Positions 38,662 through 49,877 are shown, counted from the stretch's first letter. The stretch is DNA of 64,000 nt from Candidatus Gottesmanbacteria bacterium (GCA_023245355.1 JAHFKN010000001.1:139528-203527); one strand, 5' to 3'. Program-made: numbers and translations. The notes: generated from the sequence alone by a model not told the origin.

Positions 38662-39519
38662 TTACTCTACCGCAAGTCTCGCGGTCACCATGTCGGTAAT
38701 TTCATACGTAATCTTCTCCTGCCGCGCTTTATTGTACTGCAGGGTAAGGTCATCCTGTAAGGAATTGGCGTTATCCGTCGCATTGTGCATCGCGATCATA
38801 CGGGCAGAATGCTCCGCTGCTTCTGCCTGAAGCACTGCATCCCGGATCTGATTCTCCACATAATGAGGAAGCAGCGCATTAAATACTTCCTCGACGGACG
38901 GCTCAATTAAAAATTCATAGGACCCTTCGGTATCTGCTGCTGCAGCTTCCCCGCTGATCGTAAGCGGCAGGACGGTTTTTACCCTCGGAACCTGTTTGGA
39001 TACGGACAAAAATTCGTTGGATACCAAATCGACTGCATCGAATTCACCCGATAGAAATTGCTCGGTCAGATATTCGACAAGCGCCGGAACGACGCGCTCC
39101 CAGGGTGTCGTGTCGGAAAAATCCGCCCGCACGCCGTGGCCTAATCTGGTCACAAAGTCAGCGCCCTTTTTGCCTATCGAAACGACTTCATATTTCGCCC
39201 CTACAGCGTATTGTTTCATAAAAAACCGGAATAACGACGTGTTCAGACCTCCGCATAATCCTTTATTTGTCGAAAGCAGCACAACCAGCCGTTTACCTGT
39301 CGGACGCGGCGTCATCAGCAGCCTATGGCTTCTGAAATCCGTCCGTGACGCAAGTCGTGTCACCATTTCGAAAATTTTCTGTGCATACAGCTTGCCGGCC
39401 AGTGCAGCTGCCTGGGCTTTTTTCATCTTCGCGGCCGCCACCAATTCCATGGCTTTGGTAATCTGTGCGATATTTTTCGCACTTTTAATTCTCCGCTTGA
39501 TAAGACGAATATTTGCCAT
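38662..39519 (-). CDS. atpG: ATP synthase gamma subunit
   Basis: ITKAMELVA, KGLCGGLN and ARMIAM..ATDNA..NKARQ..IT. Confidence 0.96.
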   Translation of the reverse strand: MANIRLIKRRIKSAKNIAQITKAMELVAAAKMKKAQAAALAGKLYAQKIFEMVTRLASRTDFRSHRLLMTPRPTGKRLVVLLSTNKGLCGGLNTSLFRFFMKQYAVGAKYEVVSIGKKGADFVTRLGHGVRADFSDTTPWERVVPALVEYLTEQFLSGEFDAVDLVSNEFLSVSKQVPRVKTVLPLTISGEAAAADTEGSYEFLIEPSVEEVFNALLPHYVENQIRDAVLQAEAAEHSARMIAMHNATDNANSLQDDLTLQYNKARQEKITYEITDMVTARLAVE

Positions 39520-39527
39520 ACCACCTG

Positions 39528-41042
39528 TTATTTAAACGACTTTTTAAAATCGGAAATCGCTGCTTCGAGTGCTTTTTCTATCTCAGGAGACAGCACTTTT
39601 TCTTTGGCAATGGCAGTCAGCATTTTGCGGTGCCGGGCATTCACGTAGCTTACAAACTGAGATTCAAACTCCGTGATACGATTGACAGGAATATCATCAA
39701 GATGTCCTTTGCTCCCTGCCCACATGATCGTCACCTGGCTGGCCACGGATGCCGGCTGGAATTGACCCTGTTTGAGCAGTTCCATCATGCGGCTGCCGCG
39801 TGCAATCTGTTTTTTGGTGATCTCATCGACGTCGGAAGCAAATTGTGCAAATGCCGCCAAATCCCGGAATTGCGCCAAATCGAGCCGCAGGTTCCCGGAC
39901 ACTTTTTTCATGGCCTTTATCTGCGCACTTCCTCCCACGCGGGATACGGACAATCCGACGTTGACCGCCGGCCGCTGCCCGCTGTTGAAGAGATCGCTTT
40001 CCAGGTAAATTTGTCCGTCAGTAATGGAAATTACGTTTGTCGGAATGTACGCAGACATATCTCCGGCCTGTGTTTCGATAATGGGAAGTGCGGTAATGGA
40101 TCCGCCTCCACGTGCTTCGGAAAGCCGACACGCACGCTCCAGCAACCGGCTATGAAGGTAGAACACGTCTCCCGGATATGCCTCGCGGCCGGACGGCCGG
40201 CGGAGCGTAAGCGATATCTGCCGGTATGCCCAGGCGTGTTTGGATAAATCATCGTAGATCACCAACACGTCTTTGCCTTTGTCCATAAAGTATTCAGCCA
40301 TTGCGGATCCTGCATACGGAGCCAAATACTGATATGTCACGGGATCGCTTGCGGTCGCTGCCACGATAATCGTATGTCCCATGGCATTATGCTTTTCCAA
40401 ATCCGCGATAACCTGAGCCACACGCGCCGTTTTCTGGCCGATAGCCACATAAATACAGATCACGCCTTCGTCTTTCTGATTAATAATCGTATCGACGGCA
40501 ATGGCGGTTTTCCCGGTGCTTCTGTCTCCGATAATCAGTTCGCGTTGGCCGCGGCCGATCGGGATCATCGCGTCGATGGCTTTGATACCCGTCTGAAGCG
40601 GGGTAGTCACCGGCTGCCGGTGTACCACGCCTGAGGCGATCTGTTCCATGGGATAACGGGTTTTGGACGGGATGACGCCTTTGGCATCAACTGGTTCTCC
40701 CATCGGATTGATTACACGTCCTAAATAGGCTTCCCCGACCGGGACAGACAACAATGTCCCTGTGCTGCGCACTTCGTCGCCTTCCTTAAGCGTCAGGTAA
40801 TCGCCGAGCACCATGATACCCACTTCTTCTTCTTCAAGATTTACGACCACTCCCTGTACTCCGTTCGCAAACGTCACAAGCTCGAGATATTTGGCGCCCG
40901 GAAGCCCGGAGGCTTTCGTAACACTATCAGCAAGCGTCGTGATGTATCCCACTCTTCTGGCTGTGGCGGACGAATCAAAACTCTCGAGTTTTTTTACTAA
41001 TTCCTTTGCGATAAGGGATGCCGTGTTTGTTTTCATACTCAT
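39528..41042 (-). CDS. atpA: ATP synthase alpha subunit
   Basis: [17 protein letters not shown] and [18 protein letters not shown]. Confidence 0.98.
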   Translation of the reverse strand: MSMKTNTASLIAKELVKKLESFDSSATARRVGYITTLADSVTKASGLPGAKYLELVTFANGVQGVVVNLEEEEVGIMVLGDYLTLKEGDEVRSTGTLLSVPVGEAYLGRVINPMGEPVDAKGVIPSKTRYPMEQIASGVVHRQPVTTPLQTGIKAIDAMIPIGRGQRELIIGDRSTGKTAIAVDTIINQKDEGVICIYVAIGQKTARVAQVIADLEKHNAMGHTIIVAATASDPVTYQYLAPYAGSAMAEYFMDKGKDVLVIYDDLSKHAWAYRQISLTLRRPSGREAYPGDVFYLHSRLLERACRLSEARGGGSITALPIIETQAGDMSAYIPTNVISITDGQIYLESDLFNSGQRPAVNVGLSVSRVGGSAQIKAMKKVSGNLRLDLAQFRDLAAFAQFASDVDEITKKQIARGSRMMELLKQGQFQPASVASQVTIMWAGSKGHLDDIPVNRITEFESQFVSYVNARHRKMLTAIAKEKVLSPEIEKALEAAISDFKKSFK

Positions 41043-41045
41043 ATA

Positions 41046-41417
41046 TTAGGAAACAGTGACAATACGCGCCATGTCGTTCAGTTCGTTTCTGATGCTGGAA
41101 TCCATAACCCAATCTGCCATCGTAACCCGGAGACCTCCGATAAGAGACGGGTTTACGACACTGGTCAGACTCACCTCATGGCCTGCTATACGGGAAAGCG
41201 CCCGGGCAATACCCTGAAGCTCAACCGACGTCAGTTTGACCGCGGATTCGACTTTCGCCTGATGTTCGTGCTTTGCGGAAGCCGACATCTTAAGCAACAG
41301 CGACTGCACTTTGGGTGTCATAGGGGTAGCCTTGCCACCCCGTTTTAAATGACTTATAACCCCGTCTACAAATCCACGGGCATCTTTGGAAACAGATTTC
41401 ATACGCGTATTAGTCAT
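41046..41417 (-). CDS. atpH: ATP synthase delta subunit (short)
   Basis: V.SA..L..VNPSLIGG..VMDSSI; operon position. Confidence 0.85.
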   Translation of the reverse strand: MTNTRMKSVSKDARGFVDGVISHLKRGGKATPMTPKVQSLLLKMSASAKHEHQAKVESAVKLTSVELQGIARALSRIAGHEVSLTSVVNPSLIGGLRVTMADWVMDSSIRNELNDMARIVTVS

Positions 41418-41424
41418 CCTCGTA

Positions 41425-41940
41425 TCAGGACTTCTTTTCCTCCCGTGCTGCCCAGGATTCCAGATCTTTTACCCGCTTGGAAATAAGGGCATGCTGTTCT
41501 TTGGCGCCCATAACAGAAGAAAGCAGACGCTTGGCCATAACCACCGCCAGATCGATAGCTTCACCCGCGATCGCTTTTTTGGAGGATTTGTGTGTTTCTT
41601 CCGCCTCCTGCTTCGCTCGGGCAATAATTGCTGCCGCCTGCACGTGGGCTTCTGCCAATAATTCCTTTTCCACTTCTTTCGCCTGCTTTTTGGCGTCTTC
41701 TATGATGGCCAGCGCATCTTCCCGCGCTTTGTTCAGTGCCTTTTCCTGCTTCACGATAAGCTTTTCTTCCTCGTCCTTGAGTTTTGCCGTGAGCTCAACG
41801 CCGTCGGCAATTTCGCGTCTGCGTTTCTCAAGCATGGTGAGAATCGGCTTATACAGCAGTTTTTGCAACACAAATATGATAACCAAAAAATTAACTACCT
41901 GTGCTGCCAACAATGTTGGTTCAATACCTAATTTATCCAT
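41425..41940 (-). CDS. atpF: ATP synthase b subunit
   Basis: N-terminal TM QVVNFL..LYKPI, then coiled coil. Confidence 0.93.
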   Translation of the reverse strand: MDKLGIEPTLLAAQVVNFLVIIFVLQKLLYKPILTMLEKRRREIADGVELTAKLKDEEEKLIVKQEKALNKAREDALAIIEDAKKQAKEVEKELLAEAHVQAAAIIARAKQEAEETHKSSKKAIAGEAIDLAVVMAKRLLSSVMGAKEQHALISKRVKDLESWAAREEKKS

Positions 41941-41957
41941 GATTTCGACCTAATCGT

Positions 41958-42185
41958 TTATACGAATTTTATAATAAGAGCCGCCACGAGTGAGTAAATA
42001 GCAATAGCTTCTGCGAATGCTATACCCAAAATCATACTTGTGCGGATTTCGTTCGCTGCTTCAGGATTTCTCCCCATAGCCTCGAGCGCTTTTCCTGTCA
42101 ATAAACCGATAGCGATAGCCGGGGCAATACCTCCGACTGCTACGGTTATACCCATCATAATCATACGAATTATTGCTTCATCCAT
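41958..42185 (-). CDS. atpE: ATP synthase c subunit
   Basis: GRNPEA loop and AFAEAIAIY. Confidence 0.96.
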   Translation of the reverse strand: MDEAIIRMIMMGITVAVGGIAPAIAIGLLTGKALEAMGRNPEAANEIRTSMILGIAFAEAIAIYSLVAALIIKFV

Positions 42186-42309
42186 TTTCCACTCACCCCC
42201 TTTTCATAATGCCCGGAAAACAGTAGTCCTCCGTGCGTACAATGTTTATAAGTATACTGATTATCCTGCCTCATGCAATATGCATCACTTTGATGCATAT
42301 AAATACGCT

Positions 42310-43194
42310 TTAGGCGTGTTCACCCTCTCCGTGCGATACCGCCACGCTGAAAAACGCTGTAGAAAGCATCGAAAACACCAGAGCCTGGATAAGGCCGACA
42401 AATAACTCCATCATCAAAAACGGCAACGGTACGATAAACGGCATAAGGAACGCGATCACGGCAAGCAGTACTTCACCTGCAAAAATATTTCCGAACAACC
42501 GGAATGCAAACGATATGACCTTGGAAATATCGGAAACAAGTTCCAGTAGTCCGACGCTGAACTGTATCGGATCCTTAAAGCTGATAAACCGGCTCAGATA
42601 GTGTCCGCCCAAATTGGCAAAGCCGAAATACTGCATGGCGATCACGGCTACGATGGCAAGGGCAAGCGTCATGTTCAGATCAGCGGTAGCGGCTCTGAAA
42701 AGCGGCACGAATTCGGTCTTTCCTTCTTCTTTCCCGGCTTCCTCTTTTCCGGCCGTTGCCGTGGCTGATTCCGCTTTGGGTTCTTCTGTTGTTTTGGCAT
42801 GCGTATCCGCTGCAGCTTCCGGTTTCACTTCTTTAGCCGGTTCCTTTGTGACTGCTTCAGCCGCACTCTCAGACCGATAGAACCCGACGGTTGATACTCC
42901 GGGGAGTAAACCTACCCAGTTTGCAGCCAGAATAAACAGGAAAAGCGAAGCGACAATGGGGAAAAACTGCTTGATGTGCCGGCCTGCGATTGCGCCGAAG
43001 AAATCATACAATCCGCCCACAATGGTTTCCCCGATCAGCTGTGCATTCCCGGGAATCACCGACATGTTGCGGGTAGCCAAATACGAAAGCACTATGAGGA
43101 TAGCCATCACGACCCACGTCGTGATATATGCGTTCGAAACAGGCAGCCCGAAGACTGTCCATAATGTTTCAGCAGCCAATGATATATGCAACAT
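42310..43194 (-). CDS. atpB: ATP synthase a subunit
   Basis: NWVGLLPG, TADLN, SFAFRLFGNIFAGE and LIQALVF. Confidence 0.95.
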   Translation of the reverse strand: MLHISLAAETLWTVFGLPVSNAYITTWVVMAILIVLSYLATRNMSVIPGNAQLIGETIVGGLYDFFGAIAGRHIKQFFPIVASLFLFILAANWVGLLPGVSTVGFYRSESAAEAVTKEPAKEVKPEAAADTHAKTTEEPKAESATATAGKEEAGKEEGKTEFVPLFRAATADLNMTLALAIVAVIAMQYFGFANLGGHYLSRFISFKDPIQFSVGLLELVSDISKVISFAFRLFGNIFAGEVLLAVIAFLMPFIVPLPFLMMELFVGLIQALVFSMLSTAFFSVAVSHGEGEHA

Positions 43195-43226
43195 GATTTC
43201 TTAAATAATGACAAGTAATCCCGGTA

Positions 43227-43553
43227 TTATCTGCTATTGAGTGCATCACGCACAATACGTATCAGTGATGCACATGAGATCACACATCCCAGGCCAAACA
43301 ACAAAAGCGTCGCCTTCGGGCGTGTTCCCCACCGCTCATCCAGCTTCACGCCCCCAACCAGACCCAACACCATAGGCAACGCTATGTCAAAGCCGACTTG
43401 CCCGGCGACTGATGCAAACTGCCATCCTCCGCCGCGTTCAGACGACTTTTTCTCAACTGCCTTCACTTTCCGGGGACGGATGCCTGTTTCCACATCTTCC
43501 AAAATCACGTCAAAAAGCTCGCCCTCCGGAAGCTTCGTCTGTTCGTCTTTCAT
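43227..43553 (-). CDS. AtpZ/AtpI family protein
   Basis: GFDIALP..G..LD..WGT.P; first gene of the atp operon. Confidence 0.8.
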   Translation of the reverse strand: MKDEQTKLPEGELFDVILEDVETGIRPRKVKAVEKKSSERGGGWQFASVAGQVGFDIALPMVLGLVGGVKLDERWGTRPKATLLLFGLGCVISCASLIRIVRDALNSR

Positions 43554-43592
43554 AAATAATTGTATAGCAGACGACTTTTAGCCGTCAATACA

Positions 43593-46500
43593 TTAAGCTG
43601 TAAACGAGTTTGCCAGATTCAGCGGACGCACGTCATCGGCCAGAATTACCAGCCTGTCATCTTTTTGATCCACTTTACCGGTGATGATCACACAGGCATC
43701 ACGCACCCAAATCCGCGCCGAGCGCGCATACATCTTGGGGAAAATCACCACTTCGATATTGCCCGTCAGATCCTCGAGGCGGATAAACGCCATTTCGCTT
43801 CCGCTGCTTTTGGTAACAATTTTTTTCACCTGAGCGATCAGACCGACAATCTGAATTCTGTCGCCTACCCGCTCTTCCGAAATCTGGGATATCGGCGTCA
43901 TGGCTTCGGTGTCACCCATCGACTTCAATGTTTTCTCGAGCGGATGAGCAGTCAGATAAAATCCCAGCAGTTCTTTTTCAAAGCCGAGCAGCTCGTGGCT
44001 GGCAAGTTCAGGCACATGCGGCAGATGATCGAGCACTGAAGTTTCTTTAGTGTCCCCTGTATCAAACAGCCCGGTCTGCCCGACAGACGCGGCTTTTCTG
44101 TCCTTGTGTATCTGATCCAGCATGTCTTCCACAACCGAAAGCAGCGCGGCCCGCGTCCCGAACGCTTCCATGCCGCCTGCCTGGATAAGGCTTTCAAGCG
44201 TCTTTTTGTTTACCTTGGATACGTCAACGCGGCGCAGAAAATCCGAAAATGTGGTAAACGACCCGTCGTGCCGGGCCCGCAGAATACTCTCGATAGCCGC
44301 TTCCCCGACGTTTTTGATGGCAGACAATCCGAACCGGATCCTGCCGCTTTCTATGGAAAATTCGATATCAGACATGTTGATATCCGGGGGGAGCAGTTGG
44401 ATGCCGGTACGCTTACACTCTGCGACAATCATGGCGATTTTTTCGCTCCGGGTATCCCCGGTATTAGCCCGCGATTCAGCTGTCAACACGGCCGTCATGT
44501 ACTCTACCGGATAATTTGCTTTCAGATAAGCCGTCTGATAGGCGATGACGGCATAACAGGCCGCATGCGCTTTGTTAAATCCGTACCCCGCAAACGGTTC
44601 GATCAGATGGAAAATTTCTTCCGCTTTGTTTCTGGTCATGCCGTTTTTGACACACCCCTCGACGAATTTTTCCTGCTGTTTTTTCATTTCGGACGGGATC
44701 TTTTTTCCGACGGCCTTGCGCAGCTTATCCGCGTCCCCCCAGCTGTAGCCTGCCAGCGTGATAGCGGTAAGCAGCACGTCATCCTGATAACAAATGAGGC
44801 CATATGACTGCTTCAGGACATCTTTGAGCCGTGCGTCCGGATATGTGATGCTTTCCGGATTATTTTTACGCGCGATATACTGCGGGATCACCTGCATGGG
44901 GCCCGGACGAAACAGGGCAACCATCGCCATAAGGTCGAAAATAGTGGTCGGCTTGAGTTCTTTAATATACCGGCGCATACCCGCCGACTCCAGCTGGAAT
45001 ACGCCCGTCGTTTCGCCTATCGCCAGCATTTCAAACGTTTTTTTATCGGTGAGCGGAATATCATAGACATCGATTATTTTTCCTTTTACCTGTTCGATAA
45101 ATTTAGTGGCGGTTGCCATGATCGTTAAGTTCCGTAGTCCCAAAAAATCCATTTTCAAAAGTCCCACACCGTCCTCACCGACGGTATACATATCGTATTG
45201 GGTGATAATGCGGTCGCCTTTGCTCTCACGCTGGAGCGGCGTATATTCCACTAGCGGCTTGTCGGCGATGACGACTCCTGCAGCATGTACCGATGCATGG
45301 CGGGCTACCCCTTCCAGTTTGCGGGCAACATCGAGCAGCCGTTTGGTATCCGGTTCGCTTCGGTAGGCGGCAGAAAGCTCCGGCGTCATGTCTATTGCCT
45401 TGTCTATCGTCATGCCGAATCCCTGCATGCCCGGAGGAATGAGTTTGGCGATACGGTCCGGCTGGATGTACGGCATACCCAGCGCACGTCCGGCATCTCG
45501 TACGGCACCTCTGGCCTCCATGGTTCCGAAGGTTATGATCTGGGCTACTTTGTCATCACCGTATTTTTGCGTGACGTAGGCAATCACCTCATCACGTCGG
45601 TCGTCGGCAAAATCCAGATCGATATCAGGAGGACTCGGCCGGTGGGGATTTAAGAACCGTTCAAACGGCAGCCGGAAAAACAGAGGATCGATACCGGTAA
45701 TTCCCAATACGTAGGAGATAACACTTCCCGCTGCTGATCCGCGGCCCGGACCGACACCGATTTTTTGGCTTTTGGCCCAATTCACGAAATCGGAAACGAT
45801 TAGAAAGTACGTGGAGTATCCTTTTTTCGTAATAATGTCGAGTTCGTAGTTTATCCGCTCGTTTATTTCATCGGTTACTTTTTCGTATCGTTTCGGCAGC
45901 CGCTCTATCACCAGCTCGCGCAGGTATTCTTCCGGAGTCTGATGCTCGGGAACGGGAAACTTAGGCAGAATCCATTTGCCGACGGACAACGTGATATCGC
46001 ACATGGACGCAATTTTTACCGTATTTTCAATCGCCTCGGGGTACTGGGCAAACAATTCCGACATCTCCTCCGGGCTCCGAAGGTAAAAGTCTGGAGATTC
46101 CATCATCGATAACGGCCGGTTTTTCTCAACGATGGTCCGCTGCGTCTGAACGCACAGCAGAATTTCCTGCGCTTCCGCATCGTCGGCTTTTACATAATGC
46201 ACATCGTTTGTCGCGACCAGCGGCAGCCCAAGTTTGCGGGACAGTGCGATAAGCTTTTCGTTTACTTCCTCGATTTTGGGTATATGCGGATGCTTCTGTA
46301 ACTCGATATAGTAATGATCAGGTCCGAACAGCTCTGCGTATTTTGTCGCAACTTCCTCGGCTTCGCGGATTTTATCCTGCATCAGAAGCTGAGGCACTTG
46401 GCCGGCCAGACAGGCGGAAAGACAAATGATCCCCTCATGATGTTTCTCGAGGAGGCCCCAATCGATACGGGGTTTGTAATAATACCCGTCCAGGTGCGCG

Positions 46501-46823
46501 TACGTCACGAGCTTCATGATATTGCGGTACCCGGTATCGTTTTGGGCAAGCAGCACCAGATGATAGGGATCCGTATCGATTTTTCCTTCTTTATCGAGTC
46601 TGCTTCTTCTGGCAACATACGTCTCCACGCCCAGAATCGGTTTGATGCCTGCCGCTTTGGCTTTGAGATAAAACTTGAAGCTACCGTACATCGCCCCGTG
46701 ATCGGTAATCGCCAGCGTATCCATGCCCATTTCTTTTGTGCGGGCAATCAGCTGGTCCAGCTTGCCTAACCCATCCAACAGGGAAAACTCACTGTGGACA
46801 TGAAGATGTACGAATTTTGCCAT
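43593..46823 (-). CDS. dnaE: DNA polymerase III alpha subunit
   Basis: HLHVHSEFSLLDG, GRGSAAGS, PDIDLDF and FNKAH. Confidence 0.98.
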   Translation of the reverse strand: MAKFVHLHVHSEFSLLDGLGKLDQLIARTKEMGMDTLAITDHGAMYGSFKFYLKAKAAGIKPILGVETYVARRSRLDKEGKIDTDPYHLVLLAQNDTGYRNIMKLVTYAHLDGYYYKPRIDWGLLEKHHEGIICLSACLAGQVPQLLMQDKIREAEEVATKYAELFGPDHYYIELQKHPHIPKIEEVNEKLIALSRKLGLPLVATNDVHYVKADDAEAQEILLCVQTQRTIVEKNRPLSMMESPDFYLRSPEEMSELFAQYPEAIENTVKIASMCDITLSVGKWILPKFPVPEHQTPEEYLRELVIERLPKRYEKVTDEINERINYELDIITKKGYSTYFLIVSDFVNWAKSQKIGVGPGRGSAAGSVISYVLGITGIDPLFFRLPFERFLNPHRPSPPDIDLDFADDRRDEVIAYVTQKYGDDKVAQIITFGTMEARGAVRDAGRALGMPYIQPDRIAKLIPPGMQGFGMTIDKAIDMTPELSAAYRSEPDTKRLLDVARKLEGVARHASVHAAGVVIADKPLVEYTPLQRESKGDRIITQYDMYTVGEDGVGLLKMDFLGLRNLTIMATATKFIEQVKGKIIDVYDIPLTDKKTFEMLAIGETTGVFQLESAGMRRYIKELKPTTIFDLMAMVALFRPGPMQVIPQYIARKNNPESITYPDARLKDVLKQSYGLICYQDDVLLTAITLAGYSWGDADKLRKAVGKKIPSEMKKQQEKFVEGCVKNGMTRNKAEEIFHLIEPFAGYGFNKAHAACYAVIAYQTAYLKANYPVEYMTAVLTAESRANTGDTRSEKIAMIVAECKRTGIQLLPPDINMSDIEFSIESGRIRFGLSAIKNVGEAAIESILRARHDGSFTTFSDFLRRVDVSKVNKKTLESLIQAGGMEAFGTRAALLSVVEDMLDQIHKDRKAASVGQTGLFDTGDTKETSVLDHLPHVPELASHELLGFEKELLGFYLTAHPLEKTLKSMGDTEAMTPISQISEERVGDRIQIVGLIAQVKKIVTKSSGSEMAFIRLEDLTGNIEVVIFPKMYARSARIWVRDACVIITGKVDQKDDRLVILADDVRPLNLANSFTA

Positions 46824-46825
46824 GA

Positions 46826-48148
46826 TTATAATTTGCCTGTCAGGAGATCCATCACCTTTTGCTTATCGCCTTTTCCTGCGAGCCTCTTTAACACAGTACC
46901 ATAAAGGAACATCTTTGATTGCTCTTTGCCCGCCTTATAGTCAGCGACCGCTTTGGGATTTTCAGAGAGCACCGCATCAATAGCAGCAATAAGAACGCTG
47001 TCATCAACGTGGGTCACCTGTTTACTCTGTATGATTTGTTCGGCGACGTGCGCCGGGCTCACGCTAGATGCATCCGGAACTTTATTTATGATCCAATTAG
47101 CAACGGCTGGTCCCGAAATAGTTGCTTCCTGCACGGCAGGCAGCGAAACGGTACCGGAAAACAGCTTCATTTTCCCGAAATCCTCGGATAACACATTTGC
47201 CTGATTGTCGTTCAATCCGTATTTGGCTTTCACTTCCGCTTTATATGCATCCGGCAATTGCGGCATATGCGTTCTGATATTTTCTATATAGGCGCCCGTA
47301 AACCTCATAGGCGGAATATCGGGCTCCGGGAAATACCGGTAGTCCGCTGCTTCTTCTTTCGTCCGTTGGGATACAGTTGCATTTTTGGCTTCATCCCACC
47401 CGCGTGTTTCCTGCGTCGGTGTCGTTCCGTTGTCCAGCAGGAGGGCATGGCGTTTGATCTCATACTCTATTGCCATTGCCGCAAACCTGAACGAATTTAT
47501 GTTTTTCACTTCCACTTTATAGTTAGGCAACCCTTTCTCCCCTGCTTTCCGTAATGAAATATTGGGTTCAAGACGCATGGAACCTTTTTCCATGTCGGCA
47601 TCGGAAATCCCCAAGAACCGCACGATCTGATGCAGCTTCTTGAGAAATTCCTTTGCCTGTTCGCTACTTTTGATATCCGCTTCCGTGACAATCTCCACAA
47701 GAGGAACTCCGGAACGGTTAAAGTCTACAAGCGTTACTTTCTTTCCATCGACCGTCGCATGCTGCAGCTTCCCCGTATCTTCCTCAAGATGCACCCGATG
47801 AATTCTCACATCCCCAAACGATGTAGCGATCATCCCTCCGCGGCACAGCGGTTGGTCGTATTGAGATATTTGGTAGCCTTTGGGAAGATCGGGATAAAAA
47901 TAATGCTTCCGGTCAAATTTAGAAACTTCAGAAATTTCGCTTCCGAGAGCTAACCCCAACATAATCGTCCATTCAACCGCTTTTTTATTCGGCACGGGGA
48001 GCGCTCCCGGAAGCCCCAAACAGACAGGGCATGTGGCCGTATTGGGCTCTTTGGCAAAATGATCCGCCGGACAGCCGCAGAACATGCCGCTCTTGGTTTT
48101 AAGCTCCACATGTATTTCAAGTCCGATAACCGGTTCGTAGGTATTCAT
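46826..48148 (-). CDS. gatB: Asp/Glu-tRNA amidotransferase subunit B
   Basis: IGLEIHVEL, RKHYFYPDLPKGYQISQ and DYRYFPEPD. Confidence 0.97.
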   Translation of the reverse strand: MNTYEPVIGLEIHVELKTKSGMFCGCPADHFAKEPNTATCPVCLGLPGALPVPNKKAVEWTIMLGLALGSEISEVSKFDRKHYFYPDLPKGYQISQYDQPLCRGGMIATSFGDVRIHRVHLEEDTGKLQHATVDGKKVTLVDFNRSGVPLVEIVTEADIKSSEQAKEFLKKLHQIVRFLGISDADMEKGSMRLEPNISLRKAGEKGLPNYKVEVKNINSFRFAAMAIEYEIKRHALLLDNGTTPTQETRGWDEAKNATVSQRTKEEAADYRYFPEPDIPPMRFTGAYIENIRTHMPQLPDAYKAEVKAKYGLNDNQANVLSEDFGKMKLFSGTVSLPAVQEATISGPAVANWIINKVPDASSVSPAHVAEQIIQSKQVTHVDDSVLIAAIDAVLSENPKAVADYKAGKEQSKMFLYGTVLKRLAGKGDKQKVMDLLTGKL

Positions 48149-48151
48149 AGA

Positions 48152-49564
48152 TTATTTGGCCCATTCATTCCAGTCGGTTGCCTGCTCGTACGCTGCAGCT
48201 GCCTGCAGTATTTTTTCTTCCTGCCATTGATCTCCCATGATATTTAATCCTAAAAATAAATTTGTTTCCGGATTTCTCCAGCACGGAACGCTGATTCCGG
48301 TATTTCCTACTAATGAACTCGGCTCCACTAACATGTCCTGCAGTTCCCCAAACAGCGGATCCCCGTTGGAAGCGCCTGACGGCAACGCGTATCCGGGTGT
48401 CGGAGATGAGAGCAGCACGTCGTACGTCGAAAACAGATCTTCAAAATTCTTGCGATACAGACTCCGCACCTGTTGTGCACGGACATAATATTTGTCCGCG
48501 TATCCTTTGGAAAGAGTAAATGTTCCCAGCATGATGCGGTTTTTCGCCTCATGGGCAAATACGGATCTGTCGGCTCCGTACCGCACACCGTCGTATCGTG
48601 CCAAATTACTCGACACTTCCGAGCGTTGTACCACGGTGTAGACCCCGATGGCATAATCGGGAGCCAGTATCGTACCCTTTTTCCCGTCGCGGGACATGGG
48701 AATCATATCGACACGGGCGCCCATTTCCTCAAACACTTTTGCGGCCTTGAGTATTGCAGTATCCAAATCCGTTCCTTTTATGTTGGGGTGATCCATGTAA
48801 CAAATTCCCATTTTCATTCCCTTCACGCCTTTGGTGAGTGCCTTGGTATAGTCGGGGACCGGCCTGGGAAGCGTGGTTCCGTCATACCGGTCATGACCGG
48901 CCATATGGGTAAGCATAATTGCACAGTCTTCTACCGTTTTCCCGATCGGCCCCGGGCTGTCTGTCGATGAAGCCATCGCGATGACGCCGTACCGGCTCAC
49001 GCGGCCATAGGTCGGCTTGAGTCCGACGACACCGCACCACGAAGCAGGTTGCCGGATCGATCCGGCGGTTTCGCTTCCGATTGCTCCTATCGTAAGATTA
49101 GCCGCTATGGCAGCTGCACTCCCACCGCTTGAACCTCCGGGCAGATATTCGGGGTTTCGGGGATTTTTGGTCGGCCCGAAATCACTTGTTTCCGTACTGC
49201 TGCCGTGCGCCCACGCATCCATATTGGTTTTCCCGATCACGACGCTGCCTGCTTTCTGCAGTTTTTTCGTCGCGGTCGAATCGAACGGGGGCCTGAATCC
49301 TTTGAGCACGAACGATGAGGCGGTGGTAGGAAGCACAGTCGTTAAAAAATTATCCTTTACCGCAATCGGGATACCGGCCAGCGGAGTATCCAGGAGCGCG
49401 TCGGCTTTGGACACTGCCTCTGCATCAAGCGAAAGATAAATATTATACAGACTGTTTTTTTCGGCGATGGCATCATGAAGATCTTTGTACAGCTCGGCAT
49501 GCGAGAACTCCTTTTTTTTGAGTTTCGTAATCGCGTCTTTTACCGTGAGGTGATTGAGTTTCAT
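48152..49564 (-). CDS. gatA: Asp/Glu-tRNA amidotransferase subunit A
   Basis: Amidase signature GGSSGGSAAA, GSETAGSIRQPA and SSNLARYDG. Confidence 0.96.
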   Translation of the reverse strand: MKLNHLTVKDAITKLKKKEFSHAELYKDLHDAIAEKNSLYNIYLSLDAEAVSKADALLDTPLAGIPIAVKDNFLTTVLPTTASSFVLKGFRPPFDSTATKKLQKAGSVVIGKTNMDAWAHGSSTETSDFGPTKNPRNPEYLPGGSSGGSAAAIAANLTIGAIGSETAGSIRQPASWCGVVGLKPTYGRVSRYGVIAMASSTDSPGPIGKTVEDCAIMLTHMAGHDRYDGTTLPRPVPDYTKALTKGVKGMKMGICYMDHPNIKGTDLDTAILKAAKVFEEMGARVDMIPMSRDGKKGTILAPDYAIGVYTVVQRSEVSSNLARYDGVRYGADRSVFAHEAKNRIMLGTFTLSKGYADKYYVRAQQVRSLYRKNFEDLFSTYDVLLSSPTPGYALPSGASNGDPLFGELQDMLVEPSSLVGNTGISVPCWRNPETNLFLGLNIMGDQWQEEKILQAAAAYEQATDWNEWAK

Positions 49565-49571
49565 AACACTG

Positions 49572-49877
49572 TTACTGTTCCAGTACCTGATCGACGACAA
49601 AAAAACCTTTGTGTACCCGTTTGCCGTTTTTGAGCGCCTCTTCCTGCGTGAATATACGCGTCTTGTCTATCTCGTCTTCCCGGAAAACATTTTCAAGTCC
49701 CGTCACCTGATTGGTCGGGGTAACTCCGGTGACATCTACTTCGGAAAGGGTATCCACAACTTTTAAGGTTTTGGTAAATCCCTCTGCCAAATCCTGTGCT
49801 TCTTCATCCGTCACGGGAATGTTTGCCAGGCCGGCGATTTTCCGCACGTCCGATGTCGTGAAGGTGGTGTCTTTCAT
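49572..49877 (-). CDS. gatC: Asp/Glu-tRNA amidotransferase subunit C
   Basis: VRKIAGLA..NVFRED..GFFVV; operon position. Confidence 0.9.
   Translation of the reverse strand: MKDTTFTTSDVRKIAGLANIPVTDEEAQDLAEGFTKTLKVVDTLSEVDVTGVTPTNQVTGLENVFREDEIDKTRIFTQEEALKNGKRVHKGFFVVDQVLEQ

Noticed and set aside
39513-40247. Long alternative ORFs in the track (for example 39513-40247, 44106-44807, 32911-33654, 262-756)
   Set aside because: Antisense shadows of well-supported genes (atpA, dnaE, the CDP-alcohol transferase, eno) with no motifs of their own.
43593-46823. Intein or split in dnaE
   Set aside because: Length (1076 aa) and motif order are normal; no intein motifs were seen.
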